IMG/VR virus record: IMGVR_UViG_3300019458_000003
Coordinates: 1-64,000 of that record
Length of the DNA: 64,000 nt
DNA from: a virus
Direction: 5' to 3' (one strand)
Shown here in pieces: positions 49,279 through 57,754 of this stretch (positions within the stretch are counted from its first letter, which is position 1; each line of letters starts with the position of its first letter). The notes under the pieces are model-generated. The model was not told where the DNA came from and made no database searches. It worked only from the letters and a program-made list of their open reading frames with translations. Both the position numbers and the translations under genes were made by a program.

Positions 49279-51545
49279 TGAACCCTCGCACCTTCTATCG
49301 GAAATGCAATACGGTGATATCTACTCATTTCTTCTCTAGAACACTCAATCATTTTGTGAAAATCAGAAAAGAACCGATAATAGTGCCTACCTTTGAAGGA
49401 GGACGTACGATTTTTGTGTCCATAATTAATTTCAACAATGGGGTAAAAAATTTCCCCATCCAAAAATTTTAGGTCAGCGGATTCCATCCCTTGAGAGCCA
49501 ATATCATTGTACATCAACCCCAAGCTATCGGCATCATATTTTAGATCACTGGCTTCCTTTAAATCGTCGGCGGTAGGGCGCATGCCTTTCTGGTTTAGCT
49601 TTCGCAATTCTGCAGTAGCAAGTACCGGTATTTTAAAATCGTTTCTCCACCGTTTTAGCGCATCCGATATTTCAATCGTATCTTCTCGCATAGAAGAATG
49701 GAATTTCTTAGGGACCCTAATACGGTGCAGACTATCAATAATAACGACCAATTTACGGCCTTCTGCAATCTCCTTATAAGTACGTATGTATTTCTCAATG
49801 TCAGATATATTACGTACGTCTATTTCGTCCTTGATAGCCATATGACTCGACAAACTCCTAACTCGCTTAATTGCGTCTGAGTATTTGTCCATCAGACGCT
49901 GACGCTCCCCTTCGGTATATGCAGAATTGTTCAAAATTTTATATTTCGGATTCTTGACCGCATTGATTTCCAAACCCGATTCCATAGCTATCAACCGCGC
50001 AATCAATTCATCTGTAGTCTCATCAATAGAAACAAACAAAATAAAGGCTTTTTCCGGCTCGGCCTTTATCACATTCATAGCCAAATTCCGCGTAAATGCA
50101 CTTTTGCCTGTACCCTGTTCCCCCGCAAATAAATAAACCATATCTTGTAGCCCATCCATGTCTTCGGTGAAGATGGGAAATCCACAAGAAAGACCAAGGA
50201 GTTGCCCCCGATCTTTTGACAATTGCTCAAAATTCAAAACCGCCCTCTCAAAAAGCGACTTTTCACGCAATACATCCGCTGCCGTGATTAATACTTGGTC
50301 GCCTTCTTTTTCAATTATTTGGTCAAATTCTTTTTGTATAACCTCTAATCGCACATCTAATTCTTTCGCGGCCTTCTTGCACAACTGCTCTTGATCTATC
50401 CTGCTGCGCTCTAGGAGGATAGCCCGTAACGCCTTATCCCGATCTGATCGTGCATCCGTCTTTTTGTACTTTTCAATGTAGTGATCAAACATGGTTCGAC
50501 AATTGGAGGTAAGAAGAAAATCGTGTTTCTGGAGACACGCATCAGGGTCTTTACATTCATCCTTAACTTTAATACATATAGTTAGTCCATCCGTAGCTCT
50601 CAATCGACCCATAATCAAATCTTCTGCAGCAGAACCTGCAGCATCCGTATCCAAGCAAAGAATAATCGATTTGATGCCTTTCTTGGCCAATATTTTAACA
50701 TGGTCCGGGGTGAAAGAAGTGCCACACAATCCAACAACATTCTTAATACCTTTCTGATAAAGAGATACCACATCGGCTAGCCCCTCTACCACCCAAACCG
50801 AATCTCCCGATATTCGATATAAATTGTACAAGGTTTCAGACTTTTGATAGACCGATGAAGAACTTGAATTAATGTACTTAGGGCTTTCATCGTCCTTAAT
50901 CCATCGACTGGAGAACCCCACAACCCGACCATGAAAATCTTTAATCGGAAACAGCAAACGACGATCTAGCATTTCCTTATGGATGATTCCAGCCCGAATC
51001 ATCACATCAGTGGTATATCCCTTTTGAGATAAAATTTCAACTAATTTATCATAGCTGCAATATCCCAAGAGGAAATCTCCTGCTACAGATTCCCAACCGC
51101 GCCCCTTGACATAGGTCATAGCAGCCTCTGATTTCTTTAGCCCTTGATGAGCCAACTCAGCGGCCACCTTTAATACTTCATAAACCTGTGCCTTTTCTTT
51201 CTCTTCTGGTGTAGGTTCCTCAAATTCTACGGTCACTTTTAACAGATCAGCTAGATACAGCAACGTCTGAGGCACCCATTGAGGTCCATCCTTGGGCTTT
51301 TCTTCAAGCAGATGAGCGGCTAGAAAAATGTCACCATTCATGTTACATACAAAACAATGCCAACTCGATTCATCGGGAAAGAAACCACATGAAGGCTTCT
51401 CATCATTGTTTGCATGGAATGCCCGGTTAGGACACGAAAAGGATTGCCCATTAGAAGAAAAAGCCGTACCTGCCGTCTCTAGGTAGTTTCGTAGCTTAGG
51501 ACGAAGGCGCGACTTTAGTCCATTTATATCTTTGACCTTATTCAT
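49275..51545 (-). CDS. Bifunctional primase-helicase (T7 gp4-like)
   Basis: Zinc finger CPNRAFHANNDEKPSC...HCFVC, TOPRIM VVEGLADVVSL / LCLDTDAAGSAA, and DnaB-like Walker A GEQGTGKSAF. Confidence 0.9.
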   Translation of the reverse strand: MNKVKDINGLKSRLRPKLRNYLETAGTAFSSNGQSFSCPNRAFHANNDEKPSCGFFPDESSWHCFVCNMNGDIFLAAHLLEEKPKDGPQWVPQTLLYLADLLKVTVEFEEPTPEEKEKAQVYEVLKVAAELAHQGLKKSEAAMTYVKGRGWESVAGDFLLGYCSYDKLVEILSQKGYTTDVMIRAGIIHKEMLDRRLLFPIKDFHGRVVGFSSRWIKDDESPKYINSSSSSVYQKSETLYNLYRISGDSVWVVEGLADVVSLYQKGIKNVVGLCGTSFTPDHVKILAKKGIKSIILCLDTDAAGSAAEDLIMGRLRATDGLTICIKVKDECKDPDACLQKHDFLLTSNCRTMFDHYIEKYKKTDARSDRDKALRAILLERSRIDQEQLCKKAAKELDVRLEVIQKEFDQIIEKEGDQVLITAADVLREKSLFERAVLNFEQLSKDRGQLLGLSCGFPIFTEDMDGLQDMVYLFAGEQGTGKSAFTRNLAMNVIKAEPEKAFILFVSIDETTDELIARLIAMESGLEINAVKNPKYKILNNSAYTEGERQRLMDKYSDAIKRVRSLSSHMAIKDEIDVRNISDIEKYIRTYKEIAEGRKLVVIIDSLHRIRVPKKFHSSMREDTIEISDALKRWRNDFKIPVLATAELRKLNQKGMRPTADDLKEASDLKYDADSLGLMYNDIGSQGMESADLKFLDGEIFYPIVEINYGHKNRTSSFKGRHYYRFFSDFHKMIECSREEMSRYHRIAFPIEGARVQ

Positions 51546-51552
51546 GATAACA

Positions 51553-51582
51553 AGTATACCACATTGAGGGTTTATTTGTCAA
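51553..51582 (-). promoter_or_regulatory. Early sigma70-type promoter P3 (leaderless configuration)
   Basis: Minus strand: TTGACAAATAAACCCTCAATGTGGTATACT. The -10 ends 7 nt before the primase-helicase ATG at 51545, and no SD lies between them. Confidence 0.7.
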
Positions 51583-52394
51583 GATCTAGGAAACGCCCAC
51601 CCAAGAGGAAGCCCGGTTTCCTTAGCCCAATCTTCCGCCGCACATCGCTTTCTATGAGAACACATGTTACACTTATTGTAAGTAGGATCAAATTTCTTTT
51701 GCTCTATGGATTGCCATGTTTGGTCTATAACCTCTATGATTTGCCGATGATCAATATCGCTTCTGGTAGACCACCTGACCGACCCATACCTAGGATAAAA
51801 GAACCCGACACGGGTTTCCACTTCTTTCATAATCTGACGGACCGCCAAGCTATAAATAGTTAATTGGTCGTTTGTTTTTAACTCCTGATCGGTTACTTGA
51901 TAGGATCCCGTTTTGGTATCGATGATCCTCAAATCACCCCCTCTAGAGAAAGGTCTAACTATTAGATCAACAACTCCCACAATCAAGAATTGACGACCTG
52001 AAACAGCTTCGACCGGTAACTTAAATTTCCATTCTACCCCAACAGGTCTAATTAGAATCCCCTCCACTTTAGCCATTTCATGGAATTTTCTTAGTATATT
52101 GCATCCGATACGATCCCATCGTTTGGCCAACTCAGGGGTAGCAAATTTGTATTTCTCTAGAGCCAACTCTTCTTGATAAATTGAAGGCCAATTCGTTAAA
52201 AGGAAATCGCAACTAAAATCTTCCGATAGATACATCGCTTCAATGACCCGATGTGAAGCCCTCCCTACGATAGTTGATATATTCTTTGGATATTCGGGTT
52301 GATATTTGGCAACCCTAGTGTATTTATAGTTTCTAGGGCACCATTTATACAAAAATAAATCTGAGTAAGAGAATCTATTTCTCTCATTCTCCAT
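51579..52394 (-). CDS. Cas4/RecB-like PD-(D/E)xK exonuclease with 4-Cys cluster
   Basis: N-terminal Cys (YKWCPRNY), VVDLIV and IIDTKTG nuclease motifs, and C-terminal CNMCSHRKRC. Confidence 0.65.
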   Translation of the reverse strand: MENERNRFSYSDLFLYKWCPRNYKYTRVAKYQPEYPKNISTIVGRASHRVIEAMYLSEDFSCDFLLTNWPSIYQEELALEKYKFATPELAKRWDRIGCNILRKFHEMAKVEGILIRPVGVEWKFKLPVEAVSGRQFLIVGVVDLIVRPFSRGGDLRIIDTKTGSYQVTDQELKTNDQLTIYSLAVRQIMKEVETRVGFFYPRYGSVRWSTRSDIDHRQIIEVIDQTWQSIEQKKFDPTYNKCNMCSHRKRCAAEDWAKETGLPLGWAFPRS

Positions 52395-52755
52395 GAGGAT
52401 TGCCCATTAAACGAGCCTTGAGTATCTGCATAGCCGGATAATTTCGTAACTTCCTCATTAGTTGAGTCATACGCGCCCTGGAAATTTTTAGATTTTTGGC
52501 AATGAAAACAGGAGAGACACCGTCACAGAGTTGGTCGAAGATGACCATGTAGGTATCTACATTGCCCGGATTATGAAACCCTGCATGCGCTTCTTCGATC
52601 TCCACACGCAGTCTCGCACGGATCTTACGGAGACTATCATATACATCGCCGCCAGTGGACAAATCACGCTTTTTGGCCGCTTCCCGCCCAGCCTCCACCA
52701 ACAAATCCTTTACCTTATTCAACGTCACGACAGCCTCCAAACAGGTATAAATCAA
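52384..52755 (-). CDS. HTH DNA-binding protein
   Basis: 123 aa. VFIAKNLKISRARMTQLMRKLRN is HTH-like. Confidence 0.45.
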   Translation of the reverse strand: MIYTCLEAVVTLNKVKDLLVEAGREAAKKRDLSTGGDVYDSLRKIRARLRVEIEEAHAGFHNPGNVDTYMVIFDQLCDGVSPVFIAKNLKISRARMTQLMRKLRNYPAMQILKARLMGNPHGE

Positions 52756-52990
52756 TCATTGCATCCAATACATCGTTATAACCAATCACGCCTTGAGTTT
52801 TGTCAGACATAGTGGTCATGGATTCGGACAATTCAGAGCAGGTGGCTATTTCTTCCACCCCATAGCCAAATTTTTTATACTCCTTGACCTTAGAACCGAA
52901 GAGCCAATACATGGCCGATTCTCCGCGTTTAGGGCCGGACTGGATCGCGATTTTATAAAGCTTAGGATACGAAATCGTTTTAGTCTTCAT
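52715..52990 (-). CDS. Hypothetical protein
   Basis: ORF track, 91 aa. Confidence 0.4.
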   Translation of the reverse strand: MKTKTISYPKLYKIAIQSGPKRGESAMYWLFGSKVKEYKKFGYGVEEIATCSELSESMTTMSDKTQGVIGYNDVLDAMIDLYLFGGCRDVE

Positions 52991-53298
52991 TCAGGAAATT
53001 CCCGCTCAAACAATCTCCTAGCTTCTAGCCAATCAACCACTTTACTATTTTCTATTTCAAAGTCCGCCTCCGGCAACCGAGCAACAAGGTCTCTTTTTAG
53101 CTCCTGGTAGTAAGCCATAGCCTCATTCTCAGACGCTCCGAAGAACAACAACAGCGCAAGAGCCAATTGGCTTGGACCACTTCCCCCGTAGCCCCACATA
53201 AACTCTGAGCTATAATCCCGCACCCCTCTACTAAACTTAGGGTCCAATACCACATCGTCAATAGTTACTTTATATTCGTTATAAACGCCTTTAATCAT
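52987..53298 (-). CDS. Hypothetical protein, paralogue B of the WGYGGSG...ALALLL family
   Basis: 103 aa with WGYGGSGPSQLALALLLFFGASENEAMAYYQ. It is a paralogue of 55574..55873. Confidence 0.55.
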   Translation of the reverse strand: MIKGVYNEYKVTIDDVVLDPKFSRGVRDYSSEFMWGYGGSGPSQLALALLLFFGASENEAMAYYQELKRDLVARLPEADFEIENSKVVDWLEARRLFEREFPE

Positions 53299-53825
53299 CT
53301 GTCACTCACCAGCCTTGTTTGCACATGTCGTACCAAATCCCCCGCACCCGCCTTATTACCAAGAATCTGTAAATCAAACATCGGTATCAAATTCCTCATC
53401 TTTAGATCAATGGCACGAGCCTCTGTCTCGGTCTGAAATCGCCCACGAGGATTATAGCATTTAGTTCTAATCACTTCTACATTCAAGCTATGTTGCTCTG
53501 CATGGAAAGATTTAACTGCTTCGATGAACGCTCTAGGGGAGGACTCAGGCGCGTAAAAAGCCGAAAGCAATATTGGGCTGTCTGTAATAACAACCCGCAC
53601 CTTTCCTATTAATCGCTGTATACGCCATAGTTGTTGTCCGAAAACATAAGGTTGGCATTGAAGTGGGCCGTGGTGTTCCTCCCAAGCCAACTCCTTAGCA
53701 AATTCTGTCACTAACTCAATATCCACACTTTGCTCTTTGAGTTCGGCAAAAGCCATGGCTGCTACGGTGGATTTCCCCGCGCCGGGACCAGCAAACAAAT
53801 TAACTACCAGAGTATCAAAGGCCAT
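53295..53825 (-). CDS. P-loop NTPase or (deoxy)nucleotide kinase-like protein
   Basis: 176 aa with Walker A FAGPGAGKST and VVITDSP (Walker B-like). Size and layout resemble a small nucleotide kinase or AAA_28-like protein. Confidence 0.5.
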   Translation of the reverse strand: MAFDTLVVNLFAGPGAGKSTVAAMAFAELKEQSVDIELVTEFAKELAWEEHHGPLQCQPYVFGQQLWRIQRLIGKVRVVITDSPILLSAFYAPESSPRAFIEAVKSFHAEQHSLNVEVIRTKCYNPRGRFQTETEARAIDLKMRNLIPMFDLQILGNKAGAGDLVRHVQTRLVSDR

Positions 53826-53831
53826 TTTCTC

Positions 53832-54464
53832 TCAATCTACATATTTAACTTCTCGATGAATCGCTTCTGGATTTTGCGCAATCTGCTCCAACAAATCCGC
53901 GATCATTCCAGGGCAAGTGTTGAACCCCTGATTATTATACTTGAGCATTCTCCTAACTGTAGAGACTCCATAGGTCACCTTGTGAATCGCTAGTCGCCGC
54001 CTGGCCAAATCCCATAAAGTATTCTGACCAACCATCAACGTTTTCCCATCTGTTAGAGCTTGACATATCGTGAAGTCGAAGAAATCTAACACGTCTTCGG
54101 GCTTAGAATAATACATCATGCGTACGATCTGGATTTTGATTTGTGTGTCTTTGTCAATCTGCCAAAGATAGTCAGAAACACGACCTTCTTTCTTACCGAG
54201 AAGCTTTACTTCCCCCATTTTAGATACAACCTCTTCAACCTTATCAGCTTGAATTTCATCTTCAAAGAAGAGATCAAGGTCTGTACCTTTCATATCTTCT
54301 GCTGCTAAGGTTCTACGAACTGCCCCACCCGCTAGCCAAGGACCGCCTTCCATTTTAAGGATTACTCCCGCATCAGAGAGCTTAGCAATCAAAGACAACA
54401 ACAGAATGTCTTCTGTATCGTAAGATCGACCCAAAAAGTGTCGAAAATCGTAAATATGCCACAT
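53832..54464 (-). CDS. Minimal nucleotidyltransferase-fold protein (CCA-adding / poly(A) polymerase head-domain-like)
   Basis: 210 aa. WLAGGAVRRTLAAEDMKGTDLDLFF matches the GGxVRDxLLGxxxxDxD signature of the PolyA_pol head domain. Confidence 0.5.
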   Translation of the reverse strand: MWHIYDFRHFLGRSYDTEDILLLSLIAKLSDAGVILKMEGGPWLAGGAVRRTLAAEDMKGTDLDLFFEDEIQADKVEEVVSKMGEVKLLGKKEGRVSDYLWQIDKDTQIKIQIVRMMYYSKPEDVLDFFDFTICQALTDGKTLMVGQNTLWDLARRRLAIHKVTYGVSTVRRMLKYNNQGFNTCPGMIADLLEQIAQNPEAIHREVKYVD

Positions 54465-55574
54465 CTAAAACAAGTCCTTTTTATACAATGGGATAATGTT
54501 TTGGAAGCCAGTGCTGACCCACAAGATGGGAGCGCCAGCATCTTTTTCAAATTTCTTAATCTGCTCCATGGCGTCGGAGTCCAGTATGTTTTTGTTCGCT
54601 AAATCGGGTCTTTCATAATCAAAGAAACTGAGAATTATAGCGTCTGCGTTGGTAATCTCTACCGCATATCGCGCCCAATCCGGGTTCCACTTAGCGATCC
54701 GGCGAATACGCTTCGTCACCGTCGTTCGTTCAGGTTGAATGTAACCACCCGATTGTTCCGATAGCTGCTCCCAAGTGACTTCTTGTCCAATATCTCCTGA
54801 ATTTCCTGCAACTCGGATGGGGTAAGTTCGCATAACTAATATCACAGAGTGTGGAAAATTTGAAGGGAGGCCAGCATCAGCTAATACTTGACCGGGAACA
54901 ATGTCTCGTGAGGTCGTGAAAGGGTATTGCGGACCATTTAATGATAACATGACACCTTGTGTAGATTCAACCAAAACAGCAGTATCCTTGGCTCTAACTT
55001 GCGCCCTTAATATGGCTCCTACATCAGCCACGTAATCCTTAAACTCTTCGAGTTCCTTAAAGACCTTAGCACGGCGCATTACTTTATCAGCTTGAGCCGC
55101 CCCCACTCCTTCGGCTGTAGAGCCAATCTTAGCATTCATGCCGTCTTGAACTTCCATATCATGATGTTTAGGCTCGATCACAGTGGCATGACGGTCTATC
55201 CACAATCTACCAAGCAGATTGCCCTTGCCAAGCTCTGCCTCTACCCACCCAATTTCACGTCTCAAAACCTCCGGATTGACAAGAGAGCCAGGACCTAAAT
55301 ATAGCTGTGCATCGGGGTTAATCCAACCCACAGGGACCTGCTGCATGGCATAAGCTTTTCCCCGATATTTCACGTAGTGACCAGCGTTAGGACCACCAGT
55401 TCGTACAACGGAGAGTTTAGGCAGATCTAGTAATCGATTAATATTGTCCGGGTTATGTGGATCAGACAGATAGCCAACCGCCGAACCTTTTGCTTCCGAC
55501 CCTGCCAACCCACCCATAATTACCGTAATGGGACTATAACAAATATTCTTTATAGCCTCTCTTCTATTTCCCAT
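54465..55574 (-). CDS. purZ: PurZ-like adenylosuccinate synthetase homologue (candidate N6-succino-2-amino-2'-deoxyadenylate synthase)
   Basis: Motif-by-motif match to PurA: GSEAKGS (PurA GDEGKGK, Asp to Ser), GGPNAGH (GGHNAGH), IGSTAEGVGA (IGTTGRGIGP), ESTQG (EGAQG), PFTTS (PYVTSS), TTVTKRIRR (ATTGRRRR) and VSTGF (ISTGP). Start moved to the ATG at 55574, with GGAGG 10 nt upstream. Confidence 0.75.
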   Translation of the reverse strand: MGNRREAIKNICYSPITVIMGGLAGSEAKGSAVGYLSDPHNPDNINRLLDLPKLSVVRTGGPNAGHYVKYRGKAYAMQQVPVGWINPDAQLYLGPGSLVNPEVLRREIGWVEAELGKGNLLGRLWIDRHATVIEPKHHDMEVQDGMNAKIGSTAEGVGAAQADKVMRRAKVFKELEEFKDYVADVGAILRAQVRAKDTAVLVESTQGVMLSLNGPQYPFTTSRDIVPGQVLADAGLPSNFPHSVILVMRTYPIRVAGNSGDIGQEVTWEQLSEQSGGYIQPERTTVTKRIRRIAKWNPDWARYAVEITNADAIILSFFDYERPDLANKNILDSDAMEQIKKFEKDAGAPILWVSTGFQNIIPLYKKDLF

Positions 55575-55873
55575 TAGTTGTAGTCCTCCCTCGCTTCTAC
55601 TTCTCTCCACCCACCTTTACCCGCGTATTGTCCTGTTTGTTCATCCTTGAGGGGAGCAATTACTTCTTCTTTAAAACCCTGATACCACGAAAGAGCTTCA
55701 CTCTCTGTCGCGCCAAAATGTAGCAGGAGTGCCAATGCTGTTTGAGCACAACCACTCCCTCTGTAGCCCCAACTCAGACCAGTCGGGGGGTGTGCTCGTA
55801 CTTTTAGGCTCCGCTCTAGGAGGATTTCTGTACCGTCGTGGTAGAGCTTGTTAGTCTGATAATCGCCTGTAAT
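55574..55873 (-). CDS. Paralogue A of the WGY(R/G)GSG...ALALLL family, lacking a canonical start codon
   Basis: Hand translation: (I)ITGDYQTNKLYHDGTEILLERSLKVRAHPPTGLSWGYRGSGCAQTALALLLHFGATESEALSWYQGFKEEV...EDYN. It aligns over its full length with 52987..53298 (MIKGVYNEY...). The aligned start position is ATA-ATT, and the stop forms TAATG with the purZ start. Confidence 0.45.
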   Translation of the reverse strand: MTGDYQTNKLYHDGTEILLERSLKVRAHPPTGLSWGYRGSGCAQTALALLLHFGATESEALSWYQGFKEEVIAPLKDEQTGQYAGKGGWREVEAREDYN

Positions 55874-56229
55874 TATAGTCTCACACTACGCGGCTTAATT
55901 CTATCCTTCTTTTTGTCTGCCTCGTATGCGAATTGTTTTGCTTCCTCTGATAGTTGAACTAGTTTTCTCAGATAACGATGATAATTCGACCCACACTCGT
56001 TCACTTTACAATCATGTGGAATAAAACTTTCCCTGCTAACGTTCATATATGGGATAATGAGAGCAAATCGGTAATCAGGAAATGTCCTCTTTAGAGCAAT
56101 AGCCAAAGGACAAGAATCTGCTCGATAATAGGAAGTTATTTTCCGTTCCCTATACTCCCTACTGATTCTCTTTGCTTCTCGAATATCTGACGCCTTGACT
56201 TCGATTATCATTCCTGAGAGTTCAATCAT
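55873..56229 (-). CDS. Hypothetical protein
   Basis: ORF track, 118 aa. Confidence 0.5.
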   Translation of the reverse strand: MIELSGMIIEVKASDIREAKRISREYRERKITSYYRADSCPLAIALKRTFPDYRFALIIPYMNVSRESFIPHDCKVNECGSNYHRYLRKLVQLSEEAKQFAYEADKKKDRIKPRSVRL

Positions 56230-56416
56230 TGTGCCTCTCCCGTTGTTTCATTACTTCCTTAGCGGCTTTCATAATTCCCTCTCTAATTTCTCGCTTTCGG
56301 ATTAGTCGGAGAGCTTCAAACTCTGAAAAATGACGGCTGATAAGTTCAGAAGAAGCGTAGTTCCTCGCTACATCGTCTATCTCCTGCTCATCAGGTATGA
56401 TATTAAATCCGTCCAT
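56222..56416 (-). CDS. Hypothetical protein
   Basis: ORF track, 64 aa. Confidence 0.45.
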   Translation of the reverse strand: MDGFNIIPDEQEIDDVARNYASSELISRHFSEFEALRLIRKREIREGIMKAAKEVMKQRERHND

Positions 56417-56417
56417 A

Positions 56418-56534
56418 TCAATTAGTCCTTAGACAAGATAACTCTACACAGTGAGGACATTGACCTATATTTGTATAAAGAGTTTCCCAAACTCGATAGC
56501 ATACAACACAAACCCAATAGGAGTCCCCAATCAT
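56418..56534 (-). CDS. Zinc-ribbon micro-protein (38 aa, below cutoff)
   Basis: Hand translation: MIGDSYWVCVVCYRVWETLYTNIGQCPHCVELSCLRTN. ATGA overlap upstream; the stop lies 1 nt before the next ATG. Confidence 0.4.
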   Translation of the reverse strand: MIGDSYWVCVVCYRVWETLYTNIGQCPHCVELSCLRTN

Positions 56535-56707
56535 CTACCTAACTCCATTAGAAACATTCCGATAGACTTGTCGTATAGCCTCATATAGTCTAGTATCTCT
56601 GTCGCAATTATTTCTCTTTGTCCGTCCCATTCTGCCATAGACTCATAATACGATATAAGCTCATTTATCTTGGAGTCCTGAACTTTAATTCGTGAGTACA
56701 GTTCCAT
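56531..56707 (-). CDS. Hypothetical protein
   Basis: Track ORF shortened to the ATG at 56707 (MELYSRIK), a TAATG overlap. Confidence 0.45.
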   Translation of the reverse strand: MELYSRIKVQDSKINELISYYESMAEWDGQREIIATEILDYMRLYDKSIGMFLMELGR

Positions 56708-56862
56708 TAGATACGACATTCGACCTTGCCCCTCCTAGTATACATATAGTGATTGCAGTCCCCACAGTAAGCTACTCGGTATCCACAGAAAGTTACACCG
56801 CTACATTTTCGGCTTTTGTGGTCGCAGAACTGTCTCTTGAGCCAGATAAAGAGTTTCCTCAT
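56707..56862 (-). CDS. Cys-rich micro-protein (51 aa, below cutoff)
   Basis: Hand translation: MRKLFIWLKRQFCDHKSRKCSGVTFCGYRVAYCGDCNHYMYTRRGKVECRI. Confidence 0.4.
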   Translation of the reverse strand: MRKLFIWLKRQFCDHKSRKCSGVTFCGYRVAYCGDCNHYMYTRRGKVECRI

Positions 56863-56866
56863 GTCT

Positions 56867-57073
56867 TTACACCCACAAACTTACTTTGAGGTTAGCGTGT
56901 TCAGAAATATCGAATCTTCCCACGCCGCCGAATATAAATCTAAAAAACTCTTTCCTCGCATTTCCATCAGGGAGATTATCAAACTTCCTCCCATCTTTTC
57001 TATGTTTAGTCCAAACTATAAACTCAACAAGTCCCCAACATAATTCTTGCAGCCAATAAAATGGTGTCCACAA
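56867..57073 (-). CDS. Hypothetical protein
   Basis: ORF track, 68 aa. Confidence 0.4.
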   Translation of the reverse strand: MWTPFYWLQELCWGLVEFIVWTKHRKDGRKFDNLPDGNARKEFFRFIFGGVGRFDISEHANLKVSLWV

Positions 57074-57101
57074 CTCATAATGTTTCTCCTTTGTCTCCCT
57101 A

Positions 57102-57323
57102 TCATTTCTTCGTCTTTATTCCGCGCTGCTCAATTTGCTTCATGGAGGAAACAAGACCGACTCTAAAGAGGTCAATAGCTGCTGATATAGCTCTTGAAAG
57201 CCCAATACATTCATCAGCCGTTACTTTGTGCTCCACAAGCCAATCAGTACTGAACGGGTCTCTACACTCGTCAAATGCTTCTGCTGCCTGTTCGAGAAGG
57301 AAGTCTAGTCGCTTTGAGGTCAT
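57102..57323 (-). CDS. Hypothetical protein
   Basis: ORF track, 73 aa. Confidence 0.45.
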   Translation of the reverse strand: MTSKRLDFLLEQAAEAFDECRDPFSTDWLVEHKVTADECIGLSRAISAAIDLFRVGLVSSMKQIEQRGIKTKK

Positions 57324-57754
57324 TTTACACCTTTTCGGTTTAGCTCACGCATTTTCTCAAAAATCTTATACGGTCTCCTATCATTAGGAGCATAGCCTGG
57401 CCTGTGCTCCTTCAAAAGTCTCAACGCCTCAAGAAGAAGTGTCGCCTGTTTCCTCTTGATAATCAAATATGGAAGTATTGTAGGAAGTAATTGTCTAATC
57501 CTATTTGCATAGATAGAAGCCCGATACAGGGACTTCTCATTGTGTTTGTTCCGTTTCTCAAATCTTATCTTTCCACCTGCCAATAGGACAAAATACTCTA
57601 TGAACTCTCGACTAGTATTGCCGATAGTAACTACAGGTATTAGGGAGAATCCTCGTCTATTTCGTGGTTCTGCCATCCTGGTAAGTCCAATATGTCCTTC
57701 CCCATCTATAGCACAAGCTAACCATGTTAAATCAACCCTTGACAAAGTGCTCAT
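57320..57754 (-). CDS. Free-standing single-motif LAGLIDADG homing endonuclease
   Basis: LTWLACAIDGEGHIGL matches LAGLIDADG (LAGFIDGEG). 144 aa, consistent with a homodimeric I-CreI-type enzyme. Confidence 0.7.
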   Translation of the reverse strand: MSTLSRVDLTWLACAIDGEGHIGLTRMAEPRNRRGFSLIPVVTIGNTSREFIEYFVLLAGGKIRFEKRNKHNEKSLYRASIYANRIRQLLPTILPYLIIKRKQATLLLEALRLLKEHRPGYAPNDRRPYKIFEKMRELNRKGVK

